Source: Actinomycetes bacterium (GTDB lineage Bacteria; Actinomycetota; Actinomycetes; S36-B12). From it: DNA of 64,000 nt. The position numbers were made by a program, and so were the translations under genes. Shown here in pieces: positions 45,942-57,792 of this stretch (positions within the stretch are counted from its first letter, which is position 1; every line of letters starts with the position of its first letter). The notes under the pieces were generated by a model. It was given only the letters and a program-made list of their open reading frames with translations, made no database searches and was not told the origin of the DNA. The stretch is taken from contig JBAXSI010000010.1 in the NCBI GenBank assembly GCA_037130755.1, forward strand, positions 16,351 through 80,350. Reading direction: 5' to 3'.

Positions 45942-46493
45942 CTAGTTGGCTGCAGGAGATGCGGCAGCTGATGCGGCGGCGCTGGCCGGCACCGCTGCCT
46001 GCGGCGGGTTGGGCGCGATGCCCTCGTAGTACCCGACCGGCAGCACGGACAGCACCGACATCTTCACCAGCCCGGCGTTCTGGAATCCGAGCTCGACCGG
46101 CACGTAGGTGGACACCGGCTTGTCGAACGCGTAGGCGTTGATCCAGTGCTCGGACTCGAAGCCGAACGACGTGGAGGAGCCTGGCGCGAGTTCGACCTTG
46201 TCGCCGGTGATGGTGGCGGGCTGGCCGTTGACCGTGGCGTAGACCAGCACGTCCTTCTCGGGGCCGATGTTGACCAGGCGAGTGGCCAAGGTCGCCGCCT
46301 TCGAGCCCTCCGGGCCCAGCACCAACGTGGCGTTCTCGATCTTGATCGTGCCGGCCTGGGCGGACACCCCGTTGCCCGACGTCATGGTGGCTTGCTCGTT
46401 CGTGGTGGCGGCCTTGCCGCTGAAGCAGCCTGTGAGGGCGGGAGCGACGACGACGAGCAGGGAGGCCACAGCGAGGGCGTAGGTGCGCTTCAC
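45942..46493 (-). CDS. putative lipoprotein (LpqE-like)
   Basis: Lipobox ALTGC; divergent from carD; -10 TACTGT 7 nt before GTG. Confidence 0.75.
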   Translation of the reverse strand: MKRTYALAVASLLVVVAPALTGCFSGKAATTNEQATMTSGNGVSAQAGTIKIENATLVLGPEGSKAATLATRLVNIGPEKDVLVYATVNGQPATITGDKVELAPGSSTSFGFESEHWINAYAFDKPVSTYVPVELGFQNAGLVKMSVLSVLPVGYYEGIAPNPPQAAVPASAAASAAASPAAN

Positions 46494-46619
46494 GGGGGCA
46501 ACAGTAGCGAAGCGTCGGCCGACTTTGGCGGCCGTCCGACCCCCGGCGGGCCGAGCGCTCCGGAAACCGGCCGTCAGGCGCGTGGTAAAGTTGAGTCCCT
46601 TGGAAAGGGGTTCCTCTTT

Positions 46620-47102
46620 ATGACGTTCAACGTCGGCGACACGGTTGTCTATCCGCACCACGGAGCGGCCGTCATCGAAGCAGTCGAGATTCGGACCATC
46701 AAGGGGGAAGACCGCGAGTACTTGGTGCTGCGCGTCGCCCAGGGTGATCTGACCGTGCGCGTGCCCGCCGACAACGTCGACCTCGTGGGTGTCCGCGATG
46801 TCGTGAATGCGGAGGGTCTCGACCGGGTCTTCAACGTCCTGCGTCAGCCCTACACGGAGGAGCCCACCAACTGGTCCCGCCGGTACAAGGCGAACCTTGA
46901 GAAGCTCGCCTCCGGCGACGTCATCAAGGTGGCCGAGGTGGTTCGTGACCTGTGGCGTCGTGAGCGTGAGCGCGGCCTGTCGGCCGGCGAGAAGCGCATG
47001 CTGGCCAAGGCCCGTCAGATCCTCGTGAGCGAGCTGGCCCTGGCCGAGAAGACCAACGAGGACAAGGCAGAAGCCATCCTCGACGAGGTCCTAGCCTCCT
47101 AG
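46620..47102 (+). CDS. carD: RNA polymerase-binding transcription factor CarD
   Basis: [38 protein letters not shown]. Confidence 0.98.
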   Translation: MTFNVGDTVVYPHHGAAVIEAVEIRTIKGEDREYLVLRVAQGDLTVRVPADNVDLVGVRDVVNAEGLDRVFNVLRQPYTEEPTNWSRRYKANLEKLASGDVIKVAEVVRDLWRRERERGLSAGEKRMLAKARQILVSELALAEKTNEDKAEAILDEVLAS

Positions 47103-47123
47103 CGCGACGCCGTCCTCGACGTC

Positions 47124-47846
47124 GTGACCACCGAAACCTCGGGCCGCACCGCAGTTCTCGTTCCGGCTGCCGGCCGCGGCGAACGCCTCGGACCGGGCAT
47201 GCCCAAGGCCCTTCGTCCCCTCGGCGGCATTCCCATGCTCGTGCACGCCGTGCGTGCCCTGGCGGCCAGCCGGGTCGTTGACATCGTCGTGGTCGCTGCC
47301 CCTGAGGACAGCGCGGAGAGCGTTGCCGCGATGCTCGCGGAGCAGTCGTTCGGCGCCGAGGTGGTCGTGGTCACCGGCGGCGACACCCGCCAGGACTCCG
47401 TGGCGCGGGCCCTCCTCACCCTTCCGGACGATGTCGACGTCGTCCTCGTCCACGATGCCGCGCGACCGCTGGTGCCGGTCGAGGTGGTCACGGCCGTGGC
47501 CTCGGCCGTCCGGTCCGGCCGCCCGGCGGTGGTCCCCGCCCTTCCCGTCGTCGACACCATCAAGCGCGTCAACGCCTCCGAAGACGTCCAGGAGACGATC
47601 GACCGTGCCCCCCTTCGGGCCATCCAGACTCCCCAGGGCTTCGAGCGCCAGGTCCTGCAGCGTGCCCATGCCTCGGCGGACCTCGATGCCATTCCGGCGA
47701 CCGACGACGCCGGCCTGGTCGAGCGACTGGGCATCCCCGTCCACGTCATCCCCGGCCACGAGGAGGCGTTCAAGGTGACGCGACCCTTCGACGTGGTCAT
47801 GGCTGAGGCTGTCCTGGCCCGACGAAGGGCCGCCGGTGCCATCTGA
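47124..47846 (+). CDS. ispD: 2-C-methyl-D-erythritol 4-phosphate cytidylyltransferase
   Basis: [30 protein letters not shown]. Confidence 0.96.
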   Translation: MTTETSGRTAVLVPAAGRGERLGPGMPKALRPLGGIPMLVHAVRALAASRVVDIVVVAAPEDSAESVAAMLAEQSFGAEVVVVTGGDTRQDSVARALLTLPDDVDVVLVHDAARPLVPVEVVTAVASAVRSGRPAVVPALPVVDTIKRVNASEDVQETIDRAPLRAIQTPQGFERQVLQRAHASADLDAIPATDDAGLVERLGIPVHVIPGHEEAFKVTRPFDVVMAEAVLARRRAAGAI

Positions 47847-48312
47847 CCCGCTGGTGGGCATCGGCACCGACGTCCACGCCTTCGCGCCCGGTCGCCCGAT
47901 GTGGCTGGCCGGACTGTTCTGGCCGGACGAGACGGGGCTGGCCGGTCACTCCGACGCGGACGTCGCCGCCCACGCCCTATGCGACGCGCTGCTGTCGGCC
48001 GCTGGCCTCGGTGACCTCGGGTCGGTGTTCGGCACAAGCGACCCGCAGTGGTCGGACGCATCCGGGGTCTCGCTGCTGGCGCACACCGCCTCGCTGATCC
48101 GCGGCGCCGGCATGCGCATCGGCAACGGCAGCGTCCAGGTCATCGGGAACCGTCCGCGCATCGGCTCCCGTCGGGAGGAGGCGCAGGACGTCCTGTCCGC
48201 CGCCATCGGCGCCCCAGTCCGCATCTCCGGCACGACCACCGACGGCCTCGGCCTGACCGGGCGCGATGAGGGCGTCGCGGCGATTGCGATAGCGTCCGTC
48301 CACCCCATCTGA
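47836..48312 (+). CDS. ispF: 2-C-methyl-D-erythritol 2,4-cyclodiphosphate synthase
   Basis: GTDVH, GHSDADV..HA.CDA, TTTDGLG.TGR. Confidence 0.96.
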   Translation: MPSDPLVGIGTDVHAFAPGRPMWLAGLFWPDETGLAGHSDADVAAHALCDALLSAAGLGDLGSVFGTSDPQWSDASGVSLLAHTASLIRGAGMRIGNGSVQVIGNRPRIGSRREEAQDVLSAAIGAPVRISGTTTDGLGLTGRDEGVAAIAIASVHPI

Positions 48313-48358
48313 TCGAGAAAACACCGCCTCGCGTTGCGAGGCCGAGGAGGAAGCGCCC

Positions 48359-48751
48359 ATGGCTGCCCTGCCGGAAAAGGCGAAGACACTGCTGGACTCC
48401 CCTGAGTTCGCGACCATCGCGACCCTCAACCCCGATGGGCAGCCGCAACTGTCGATCGTGTGGGTCGAACGAGACGGTGACGACGTCCTGGTGAGCACGA
48501 TCCTGGGCCGTCAGAAGCACCGCAACCTCGAGCGGGATCCGAAGGTGACCGTCCTGGTGTGCCCCAAGGACAGTCCGTACGAGTACGCCGAGATCCGCGG
48601 AACGGCGGCCATGTCCGAGGAGGGTGGCCGGGAGCTGATCGATCGCCTGTGCACCAAGTACACCGGTGGCGAGCGGTACGCCGGCGACGATGGAACCGAC
48701 AACGTGCGCGTCATCGTGCGCATCACCCCGACCAAGGTGGTCATCCGCTAG
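48359..48751 (+). CDS. PPOX-class F420-dependent oxidoreductase
   Basis: ATLNPDGQPQ.S.VW, K.RNL.RDP.V. Confidence 0.9.
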   Translation: MAALPEKAKTLLDSPEFATIATLNPDGQPQLSIVWVERDGDDVLVSTILGRQKHRNLERDPKVTVLVCPKDSPYEYAEIRGTAAMSEEGGRELIDRLCTKYTGGERYAGDDGTDNVRVIVRITPTKVVIR

Positions 48752-48787
48752 TCGGGCGGTTCGCCGCGCCTCGGTACTGTTCGGCCT

Positions 48788-50194
<1,407 letters not shown>

Positions 50195-50212
50195 CGGGAA
50201 GCAGGACTGACG

Positions 50213-51163
50213 ATGGCTGGTAACTCGCAACGGCGCGGCGCCATGCGCAAGACCGGTACCAAGAAGGGTGCGACGGTCGGCTCGGGCGGCCAGAAGCGCC
50301 AGGCGCTCGAGGGACGCAAGCCCACGCCCAAGGCCGTCGACCGGCCGCATCATCCGGCAGCGCGTCGGCAGCGGGCCGTGGCGAAGCGCGCCGACGCGAC
50401 GACGACCAAGCGGGCGACGTCGCGCAGCAGTGGGCGTCGTTCCGCCGGGAGCGTTCTCGTCGGACGCAACCCCGTCGTCGAGGCGCTGCGTGCGAAGATC
50501 CCCGCCTCGACGCTCTATGTGCAGACCAAGGTCGATGCCGATGACCGTTGGCGCGAGGCGATGCGCATCGCGGTGTCGATGAACATCGCGATCCTGGAAG
50601 TCACCAAGACCGAGCTCGATCGCATGTCCGACGGTGCTGTCCATCAAGGCCTCGTCCTCGCGGTGCCCGAGTACCAGTACAGCGAGGTCGACGACCTCGA
50701 CACCGACCTGCTCGTCGTGCTCGATGGCGTCACCGATCCCCGCAACCTCGGTGCGATCGCCCGGTCGGCCGCGGCCTTCGGCTCCGGTGGCATCGTCCTG
50801 CCGACGCGGCGTTCCGTGGGCGTCACGGCTTCGGCATGGAAGGCTTCCGCTGGAGCCCTGTCTCGAGTTCCGGTGGCCCAGGTGACCAACACGACGCGCG
50901 CGCTCGAGGCCCTGAAGAAGCAGGGCTTCACCATCGTCGGCCTGGCCGCGGATGCCGACGTCACCCTCGGCGGGCTCGATCGGGAGATCCTCACGTCGCC
51001 GGTGGCGATCGTCGTCGGCGCCGAGGGTGCGGGACTCTCGAGGCTCGTCGGTGAGACCTGCGACTGGCGCGTCAGCATCCCCATGGCCGTTGGCACTGAG
51101 TCGCTCAATGCGTCAGTCGCAGCAAGCATCGTGCTTCAGGCGGTGTTCTCTGCCCGGTCCTGA
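50213..51163 (+). CDS. rlmB: 23S rRNA Gm2251 methyltransferase RlmB
   Basis: GRNPVVEAL, HQG, DPRNLGA, GAEG.G, ESLNASVA; follows cysS. Confidence 0.95.
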   Translation: MAGNSQRRGAMRKTGTKKGATVGSGGQKRQALEGRKPTPKAVDRPHHPAARRQRAVAKRADATTTKRATSRSSGRRSAGSVLVGRNPVVEALRAKIPASTLYVQTKVDADDRWREAMRIAVSMNIAILEVTKTELDRMSDGAVHQGLVLAVPEYQYSEVDDLDTDLLVVLDGVTDPRNLGAIARSAAAFGSGGIVLPTRRSVGVTASAWKASAGALSRVPVAQVTNTTRALEALKKQGFTIVGLAADADVTLGGLDREILTSPVAIVVGAEGAGLSRLVGETCDWRVSIPMAVGTESLNASVAASIVLQAVFSARS

Positions 51164-52329
51164 TCGACCGCTGGCTCCGGTGGGAGCTTCTTGACCAGCG
51201 AGTTGCCGATCAGCGGGAAGAACAGCACGGTGAGCGCGCCGGCGCCGACAAGTGCGGCGGCATTCTGGGGCAACATGATCCCCGTCTCCACCTCCAGCGA
51301 CGTGACGGCGACGATGATCGGCAGCGCCGTCGCAACCAGAAGCGAGAAGCGCGCCCGCTTGCGTGGGTTCGGGATCGCACCGCGGTAGAGGAAGAACTGC
51401 GGAAGACCGCGCACCAGGGCCATCAAGACGAAGAAGAGCACGAGGCGACCGGGGTTGTCCGCGATCGACTGTACGTCGAGGTTGGCTCCCGAGACGATGA
51501 AGAACACCGGGATGAAGAAGCCGAACGCGATCGCCTCGATACGGACCGTCAGATTCGACTCCTCGGAGGGTGGTGCAATCCGGCGCACGATGATGCCGGC
51601 GATGAATGCGCCGAGGACGACGTCGAGTCCGAACGAGGCGGCGACGGCAAGCAGCATGATCAGCAGCAGCATGGAGATGCGTACGGCCGTCTGCGAACTG
51701 GTGTGGTGGCCGGAGTCGAGCAGTTGCCGGATGCGATCGGTCGCGAAGCGCTGAGGGATCGCGGCCAGCAGGAGTGCCACGAGGCCGAACGCGACCAGCG
51801 TGAGGATGGCGACGAACCGATTCTGTGCGCCAAGCAGCAGTGAGATGGCCAGGATCGGGCCGAACTCGCCCCAGGCACCGGCGCCCATGAAGTAGGTCCC
51901 GAACGGGGTGTTGAGCTCCTTGGCATCGCGCAGGATCGGCAGAAGCGTGCCCAGCGCGGTGGACGTGAGGGCGATGGCCACGCCGAGCGTGTCCTGGACT
52001 TCACCGGCGAAGCTGAGCACGAGCGACACACCTGCCGCGAGCAGCATCGAGATGCCCCAGCCGGATGCGGCCAGTCGCCCGCTGCGGCCGCGCACGGCCC
52101 GCGGCTCCAGTTCCATGCCGGCGAGGAAGAACAGCATGCCCAGGCCGAGCTCGGACAGAAGCTTGATGGAGTCGTCGACGTTGATCCAGCCCAGGACGTG
52201 CGGCCCGAAGATGACTCCGCCGGCCAACAGGAGGACGACCTCGGCGACCTTGATCCGGAACAGGCCGACGATCAATGGCGTGGCCGCCGCGATCGCGATG
52301 ATGACGAGCAGGGAGCCGAAGTCACTCAT
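51136..52329 (-). CDS. cation:proton antiporter (CPA2), no TrkA domain
   Basis: About 12 TM segments, LFFLAGME, STALG, LGAF.AG, FFIPVFF. Confidence 0.88.
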   Translation of the reverse strand: MSDFGSLLVIIAIAAATPLIVGLFRIKVAEVVLLLAGGVIFGPHVLGWINVDDSIKLLSELGLGMLFFLAGMELEPRAVRGRSGRLAASGWGISMLLAAGVSLVLSFAGEVQDTLGVAIALTSTALGTLLPILRDAKELNTPFGTYFMGAGAWGEFGPILAISLLLGAQNRFVAILTLVAFGLVALLLAAIPQRFATDRIRQLLDSGHHTSSQTAVRISMLLLIMLLAVAASFGLDVVLGAFIAGIIVRRIAPPSEESNLTVRIEAIAFGFFIPVFFIVSGANLDVQSIADNPGRLVLFFVLMALVRGLPQFFLYRGAIPNPRKRARFSLLVATALPIIVAVTSLEVETGIMLPQNAAALVGAGALTVLFFPLIGNSLVKKLPPEPAVDQDRAENTA

Positions 52330-53596
52330 CGGCGAGCCAACCCGGGGGCAGCACGATGCGAAGTTCGGCCGTGTCGTCGCTGGGCGTTCCCACGCGCGCA
52401 CCGAGCACCGCCTGCTCGTCCGGCTTCTTCGCAAGGATCGTCGTGACGTAGTCGGAGACGGCTTCCTCGAACGGAACGCTTGATCCGGCGGCCTCGGACA
52501 TGAACCATCGGTGCTCGAGCACTTCGTGGAAGATCTCCGCCGGTTCGAGCTTGCCACGCATCTCGGCGGGCACCTCCGACATCACTCGCTCGAACCGCTC
52601 GGTCACCCAGCGATGGGCGGCGATCTCCTCGTCCGCGCGGCCCAGGCCCACCTTGACGCGGAAGGAGTCCAGGTCGTTCAGGAGGCGACGGGCCTGGTTC
52701 TCCTCGACGTCCAGTCCGGTGAGACGGATCAGCCGCCGGGAGTGGTGGCCGGAGTCGACAACCTTGGCGGCCACCGTGATGTGCTCGCCATCGGCCTGGG
52801 TGTCCACCTGCAACTCGGCGACGTCGAAGCCGAGTGAGTTCAGTCGACGCACTCGCGCGTCGAGGAGGTAGCGATCCTCCCGCGTGATGACCAGCGGCCC
52901 GGTGATCTCGTCCCACAGCCGGTCATAGCGCGTGCGCAGGCTCACGCCGGTGACGATCGGGTCGATGCCCTCGTGCAGCCGGCCGCCGGCCTGCAGGTCC
53001 ATCAACTCGCCAGCGACGTTGGTGGCGGCCGTCTCCAGGTCGTAGTCCCGTTGGCCCTTCGACAAGGTGGGGTGCATCTCACCCGTCTCGGCATCGACCA
53101 GATAGGCGGCGAAGGCGCCCGCGTCCCGACGGAACAAGGTGTTGGACAGCGAGCAGTCGTTCCACGAGAAACCGGCCAGGTGCAGCTGCACGATGAGCAG
53201 CGTGAGGGCGTCGAGGAGCCTGTTGGCCGTCTCGAGGCGAAGGGACGACGAGAACAGGGCGCGGTAGGGCAGCGAGAACTCCAGGTGCCGGGTGATCAGG
53301 CCCGCGGGCAGTGGCTCCCCGGCGGCAGTGCTGCGATCCAGCACCACTCCGACGGGCTCGACGGTCGGCAGGCCGCGTCGGACGAGGTCGAAGAGCAGCT
53401 CGTACTCGCGCTCGGCATAGTGCTCCTCCACCTCCTTGACCGCATACACGACACCGTTGATCCGCACGAACCGGACGATGTGGCGAGAGATGCCGCGCGG
53501 GAGGGCGACCACGAGGTCCTCGGACCATTGCTCCAGCGGCTCGCTCCACGGAAGGAAGGCGAGCTCGGGCTCGTCGAGGTTGCCAGTGAGGCGCAC
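52322..53596 (-). CDS. DUF4032 domain kinase-like protein
   Basis: LPW..PLE.W, LPRGISRH.VRF, D.SLSNTLFRRDAG.FAAYLVDAETG, HE.LEHRWF. Confidence 0.9.
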   Translation of the reverse strand: MRLTGNLDEPELAFLPWSEPLEQWSEDLVVALPRGISRHIVRFVRINGVVYAVKEVEEHYAEREYELLFDLVRRGLPTVEPVGVVLDRSTAAGEPLPAGLITRHLEFSLPYRALFSSSLRLETANRLLDALTLLIVQLHLAGFSWNDCSLSNTLFRRDAGAFAAYLVDAETGEMHPTLSKGQRDYDLETAATNVAGELMDLQAGGRLHEGIDPIVTGVSLRTRYDRLWDEITGPLVITREDRYLLDARVRRLNSLGFDVAELQVDTQADGEHITVAAKVVDSGHHSRRLIRLTGLDVEENQARRLLNDLDSFRVKVGLGRADEEIAAHRWVTERFERVMSEVPAEMRGKLEPAEIFHEVLEHRWFMSEAAGSSVPFEEAVSDYVTTILAKKPDEQAVLGARVGTPSDDTAELRIVLPPGWLADE

Positions 53597-53671
53597 CTGC
53601 GCAGCCTTTCATGCCCGGCACGGTCCGGCGAGCGGCCCTCCTTCGTCAACGACGCGCCCTAGTGTGGCCTC

Positions 53672-54697
53672 GTGAGCGAGAATCCCCGCGCGCGGCTGTC
53701 GGACATCGCCGAGCAGGCCGGCGTCAGCGAGGCCACGGTCTCGCGGGTCCTCAACGATCGGCCGGGTGTCTCGTCGTCGACCCGGCAGTCGGTCCTCACC
53801 GCACTCGACGTCCTCGGCTACGAGCGGCCGATGCGCCTGCGTGGGCGCTCAGGTCTCGTCGGCCTCATCGTCCCCGAACTCGACAACCCGATCTTCCCGG
53901 CGTTCGCGCAGGTGATGGAGACCCTCCTCGCACAGCACGGCTACACCCCGGTGCTGTGCACGCAGACGCCCGGCGGCGTGACTGAGGACGACTACGTCGA
54001 CCTGCTCCTCGATCGCGGCGTTGCCGGGATCATCTTCGTGTCCGGCATGCACGCCGACAGCACCGCCGATCACGCGTCGTATCGCGCGCTCGTCGAGCGC
54101 GGCCTGCCCATCGTCCTAGTCAACGGCTATGCCGAGGGCGTCGATGCGCCGTTCATCTCCGATGACGACGCCGCTGCGATGGACTTGGCTGTCACGCATC
54201 TGGTGTCGATGGGCCATCGGCGCATCGGCCTTGCCGTCGGTCCAATGCGCTTCGTTCCCGTCGTGCGCAAGCGGGCGGCGTTCATGGAGGCGATGACGCG
54301 CCAGACGGGCATCTCCCAGGAGGAGGCGGCCGGTCTGGTGTCGCATTCCCTGTTCGGGCTCGAGGGTGGGCAGGCGGCCGCCCATCACCTGCTCGGATGC
54401 GGTGTCACCGCGATCGTGTCAGGGTCCGACCTCATGGCGCTTGGCGCGATCAGGACCATCCGGCAGCGAGGGCTGCGGGTGCCCGAGGACGTCTCCGTCG
54501 TCGGCTACGACGACTCGCGGCTCATCCCCTTCACCGATCCGCCGTTGACGACGGTGCGCCAGGCCGTGCCGGCGATGGCCACGGCGGCCGTTCAGGCCCT
54601 GCTCGACAGCATCAACCACAGCCCGACCCCGCGCGACGAGTTCGTGTTCCGGCCGGAGCTGATCGTGCGGGGTTCCACCGGTCCTGCTCGGGCGTAG
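53672..54697 (+). CDS. LacI-family regulator (MalR-like)
   Basis: LSDIAEQAGVSEATVSRVLN, PEL.NPIF, VVGYDD, PPLTTVRQ. Confidence 0.95.
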   Translation: MSENPRARLSDIAEQAGVSEATVSRVLNDRPGVSSSTRQSVLTALDVLGYERPMRLRGRSGLVGLIVPELDNPIFPAFAQVMETLLAQHGYTPVLCTQTPGGVTEDDYVDLLLDRGVAGIIFVSGMHADSTADHASYRALVERGLPIVLVNGYAEGVDAPFISDDDAAAMDLAVTHLVSMGHRRIGLAVGPMRFVPVVRKRAAFMEAMTRQTGISQEEAAGLVSHSLFGLEGGQAAAHHLLGCGVTAIVSGSDLMALGAIRTIRQRGLRVPEDVSVVGYDDSRLIPFTDPPLTTVRQAVPAMATAAVQALLDSINHSPTPRDEFVFRPELIVRGSTGPARA

Positions 54698-54723
54698 CCG
54701 TCACGTCGTGGCAGACTTCGGGG

Positions 54724-55467
54724 ATGCCACGCCCGGTCATCGGAGTCTCCTGCTACCTCGAGCCCGCACAGTGGGGCGCCTGGTCGCTGACCGCAGCGCT
54801 GCTCCCGCACTGGTACCTCGACCTCTTCCGCGCTGCCGACGTCGACATCGTTCTCCTGCCGCCTGGCAACGACGCAGGTGTCGTCGCTCGGATCGACGGC
54901 CTGGCGCTCGTGGGCGGTGCCGACCTGGACGCCCGCCTGTACGGCGCCGAGCCGGACGCGACCGCGGATGAGCCACGCCTGTCGCGTGATGCCTCCGAGC
55001 TCGGGTTGTACCGCGCCGCCCGCGAGCGGGGCCTTCCGGTGCTCGGAATCTGTCGTGGCCTCCAGGTCATGGCCGTGGCCCACGGCGGCTCGCTCATCCA
55101 GAACCTCCCGGACGTGGAGGGCACGATCGTGCACCGGGAGCGGCCCGGGCAGTTCGTCGACCACCGGGCCTCGTTCGCGCCGGGCTCACTTGCTGGACGG
55201 ATCTTCGGGACCGATACGGTCGTCGTGAACTCCAGCCATCACCAGGCCGTCGGTGACGCGGGTGAGCTGCTCGTGTCTGGCTGGGCGGACGACGGCACCA
55301 TCGAAGCGTGCGAGGACCCGTCCGCGGACTTCTGCCTCGGGGTGCAGTGGCACCCGGAGCATCCCGATCGTCGCACCGCCGACCTGCCGCTCGTCAGGGC
55401 CCTCGCCGATGCCGCGGGGCGCTACCGCGAAAGCAGCAGCGCCCCGATGACAACCGTCGTCGGCTGA
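54724..55467 (+). CDS. gamma-glutamyl-gamma-aminobutyrate hydrolase-like (PuuD, peptidase C26)
   Basis: RPVIG, GGADL, GICRGLQ, SSHHQAV, GVQWHPE. Confidence 0.92.
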   Translation: MPRPVIGVSCYLEPAQWGAWSLTAALLPHWYLDLFRAADVDIVLLPPGNDAGVVARIDGLALVGGADLDARLYGAEPDATADEPRLSRDASELGLYRAARERGLPVLGICRGLQVMAVAHGGSLIQNLPDVEGTIVHRERPGQFVDHRASFAPGSLAGRIFGTDTVVVNSSHHQAVGDAGELLVSGWADDGTIEACEDPSADFCLGVQWHPEHPDRRTADLPLVRALADAAGRYRESSSAPMTTVVG

Positions 55468-55471
55468 ATTC

Positions 55472-56251
55472 CTAAAGCGGCGTCACGTAGGCGCCGGAGA
55501 TGCCGCCGTCGACCAGGAAGTTCGACGCGGTGATGAAGGACGAGTCGTCGCTCGCGAGGAACGCAACCGCGGCCGCCAGCTCCTCGGGCTCGCCGAAGCG
55601 GCCCACCGGAATGTGGACGAGCCGGCGGGCGGCCCGCTCGGGATCCTTGGCGAAGAGCTCGATCAGCAGCGGCGTGTTCACTGGGCCAGGGGAGAGCGCA
55701 TTGACGCGGACGCCCGAACGCGCGAACTGCACGCCGAGCTCACGGGTCATCGCCAGCACGCCGCCCTTGGAGGCGGTGTAGGAGATCTGTGACGTCGCGG
55801 CGGCCATCGTGGCCACGAAGGAGGCGGTGTTGATGATTGATCCCTTGCCCTGCTCGAGCATGATCGGCAGCACGGCCTTGCAGCACAGGAAGACCGACGT
55901 CAGGTTGACCTCCTGAACACGGCGCCAGGCGTCGATGCCGGTCTCAAGGATCGAGTCGTCGTCGGGCGGGGAGATGCCCGCGTTGTTGAACGCGATGTCC
56001 ACGCTGCCGTAGGTGCTCTTCGCCGTATCGAACATGTTCTGCACGTCATCGGCGCTGGTGACGTCGGTGCGGATGAACAGTCCGTCGACTGCGGCTGCCG
56101 CGGCCTCACCCGAAGTGGGATCGAGGTCGCCGATGACGACCGTCGCACCCTCGTCGGCGAAGCGCCGAACGGTGGCCAGGCCGATGCCGCTGGCTCCGCC
56201 GGTGACGACGGCCACGCGGCCCTCGAGGCGTCGGCACTTGCTGTCGCTCAT
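55472..56251 (-). CDS. short-chain dehydrogenase/reductase of GlnA4-type cluster
   Basis: TGGASGIG, NNAG, YTASKG, DGGISGAYVTPL C-terminus. Confidence 0.93.
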   Translation of the reverse strand: MSDSKCRRLEGRVAVVTGGASGIGLATVRRFADEGATVVIGDLDPTSGEAAAAAVDGLFIRTDVTSADDVQNMFDTAKSTYGSVDIAFNNAGISPPDDDSILETGIDAWRRVQEVNLTSVFLCCKAVLPIMLEQGKGSIINTASFVATMAAATSQISYTASKGGVLAMTRELGVQFARSGVRVNALSPGPVNTPLLIELFAKDPERAARRLVHIPVGRFGEPEELAAAVAFLASDDSSFITASNFLVDGGISGAYVTPL

Positions 56252-56278
56252 GTGTTCCTCATCTCTTCCTTTTATTGC

Positions 56279-56358
56279 CGAGTGGGCAGTTGTGGCTGAC
56301 TTACCGGCGAGTAAGGCAGCCACAACTGCCCACTCGCGGTGGTGGTGGGGGGGCGGGG
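56279..56358. repeat. REP-like 26-bp stem-loop plus G-rich tract inside operon
   Basis: CGAGTGGGCAGTTGTGGCTG.CTTAC / GTAAG.CAGCCACAACTGCCCACTCG (one mismatch), then GGTGGTGGTGGGGGGGCGGGG. Confidence 0.8.
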
Positions 56359-56372
56359 TTCGGTTTCCGCGA

Positions 56373-57731
56373 TCAGTCCTCGGTGCTGATGAAGACGTTC
56401 TTGGTCTCGGTGAAGGCGTCCAGGGCATCAGGTCCGAGCTCGCGGCCCAGACCGGACTTCTTGTAGCCGCCGAACGGCGTCCAGTACCGCACCGACGAGT
56501 GCGAGTTGACCGACAGGTTCCCCGCCTCGATGCCGCGCGCCACCCGGATGCCGCGGCCGAGGTCGCGGGTCCAGATCGAACCGGACAGTCCATAGTCCGA
56601 GTCGTTGGCGAGTCGGATCGCATCGGCCTCGTCCTCGAATGTCGTCACGGAGACGACGGGTCCGAAGATCTCCTCCTGGAAGACGCGGGCGCTCGACTCG
56701 ACCGGTGCGAGCACCGTCGCCGGGAACCAGTAGCCCGGTCCGCCGGGTGCCTCACCCTGGAAGGCGATCGGCGCCGAGCCGTCGAGGAAGCTGGACACCG
56801 TTTCATGGTGGCCCTTGGAGATGAGCGGCCCCATCTCCGTCGCGTCGAGCAGCGGGTCGCCCACCTTGACGCCCTTGACCGCCGTCTCGAACAGCTCCAT
56901 GAAGCGGTCGAATGCGGAGCGCTGGACGAGGATGCGCGAACGGGCGCAGCAGTCTTGGCCGGCGTTGTCGAAGACGCCGTACGGCGCGGTGGCCGCGGCC
57001 TTCTCGAGGTCCGCGTCGGCGAAGATCACGTTCGCGCTCTTGCCGCCGAGCTCGAGGGTCACCGCCTTCACCTGCTGCGAGCAGCCGGCCATGATGCGCT
57101 GGCCGACTTCGGTGCTGCCGGTGAAGACGACCTTGCGGACGTCGGGGTGGTCGACGAAGCGCTGGCCGACGATCGAGCCTTTGCCCGGAATGACGATGAA
57201 CACGTCCTCGGGGATACCGGCCTCCAGGGCGAGCTCGCCCAGCCGGATGGCGGTCAACGGTGTCAGCTCGGCCGGCTTCATCACGACGGTGCAGCCGGCG
57301 GCCAGCGCCGGCGCGAAGCCCCAGCCGGCGATCGGCATCGGGAAGTTCCAGGGCACGATGAGCCCGACCACGCCGACCGGCTCCTTGAACGTGACGTCGA
57401 TGCCGCCGGTCACCGGGATCTGCCGGCCGAACATGCGCTCGGGTGCCCCGGCGTAGTAGCCGAGGACGTTCGCGACGTTGTTGGCCTCCCAACGGGCGTT
57501 GCTGATCGTGTGCCCGGCGTTGAGGACCTCGAGCTGGGCGAGCTCCTCGTTGTGCTCGCGGACGATGTCCGAGAAGCGCCGGAGCATCGCCGATCGATCG
57601 GCGGGTGCCACCTCGCGCCAGGCGGGAAACGCGGCATGCGCACGCGCGATGGCGGCGTCGGCCTCCTCGATCGATGCGGACGGGACGGTCGCGACGACCG
57701 TCTCGGTGGCCGGGTTGATCACGTCGTGCAT
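56373..57731 (-). CDS. aldehyde dehydrogenase (gamma-glutamyl-aminoaldehyde type)
   Basis: [37 protein letters not shown]; GGAG RBS. Confidence 0.92.
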   Translation of the reverse strand: MHDVINPATETVVATVPSASIEEADAAIARAHAAFPAWREVAPADRSAMLRRFSDIVREHNEELAQLEVLNAGHTISNARWEANNVANVLGYYAGAPERMFGRQIPVTGGIDVTFKEPVGVVGLIVPWNFPMPIAGWGFAPALAAGCTVVMKPAELTPLTAIRLGELALEAGIPEDVFIVIPGKGSIVGQRFVDHPDVRKVVFTGSTEVGQRIMAGCSQQVKAVTLELGGKSANVIFADADLEKAAATAPYGVFDNAGQDCCARSRILVQRSAFDRFMELFETAVKGVKVGDPLLDATEMGPLISKGHHETVSSFLDGSAPIAFQGEAPGGPGYWFPATVLAPVESSARVFQEEIFGPVVSVTTFEDEADAIRLANDSDYGLSGSIWTRDLGRGIRVARGIEAGNLSVNSHSSVRYWTPFGGYKKSGLGRELGPDALDAFTETKNVFISTED

Positions 57732-57792
57732 GGGAACTCCTGAGCTGTGGGCGCGCACGCCCGCGGGAACGACCTTCGGGTTGAGGGTTCTA

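Noticed and set aside
46562-46591. SigR-type promoter for carD
   Set aside because: GGAAA is followed after 18 nt by GTA, not GTT; TAAAGT fits a housekeeping -10 better.
48326-48342. Short hairpin after ispF
   Set aside because: 7-bp GC stem with no U-tract; expected by chance at this GC content.
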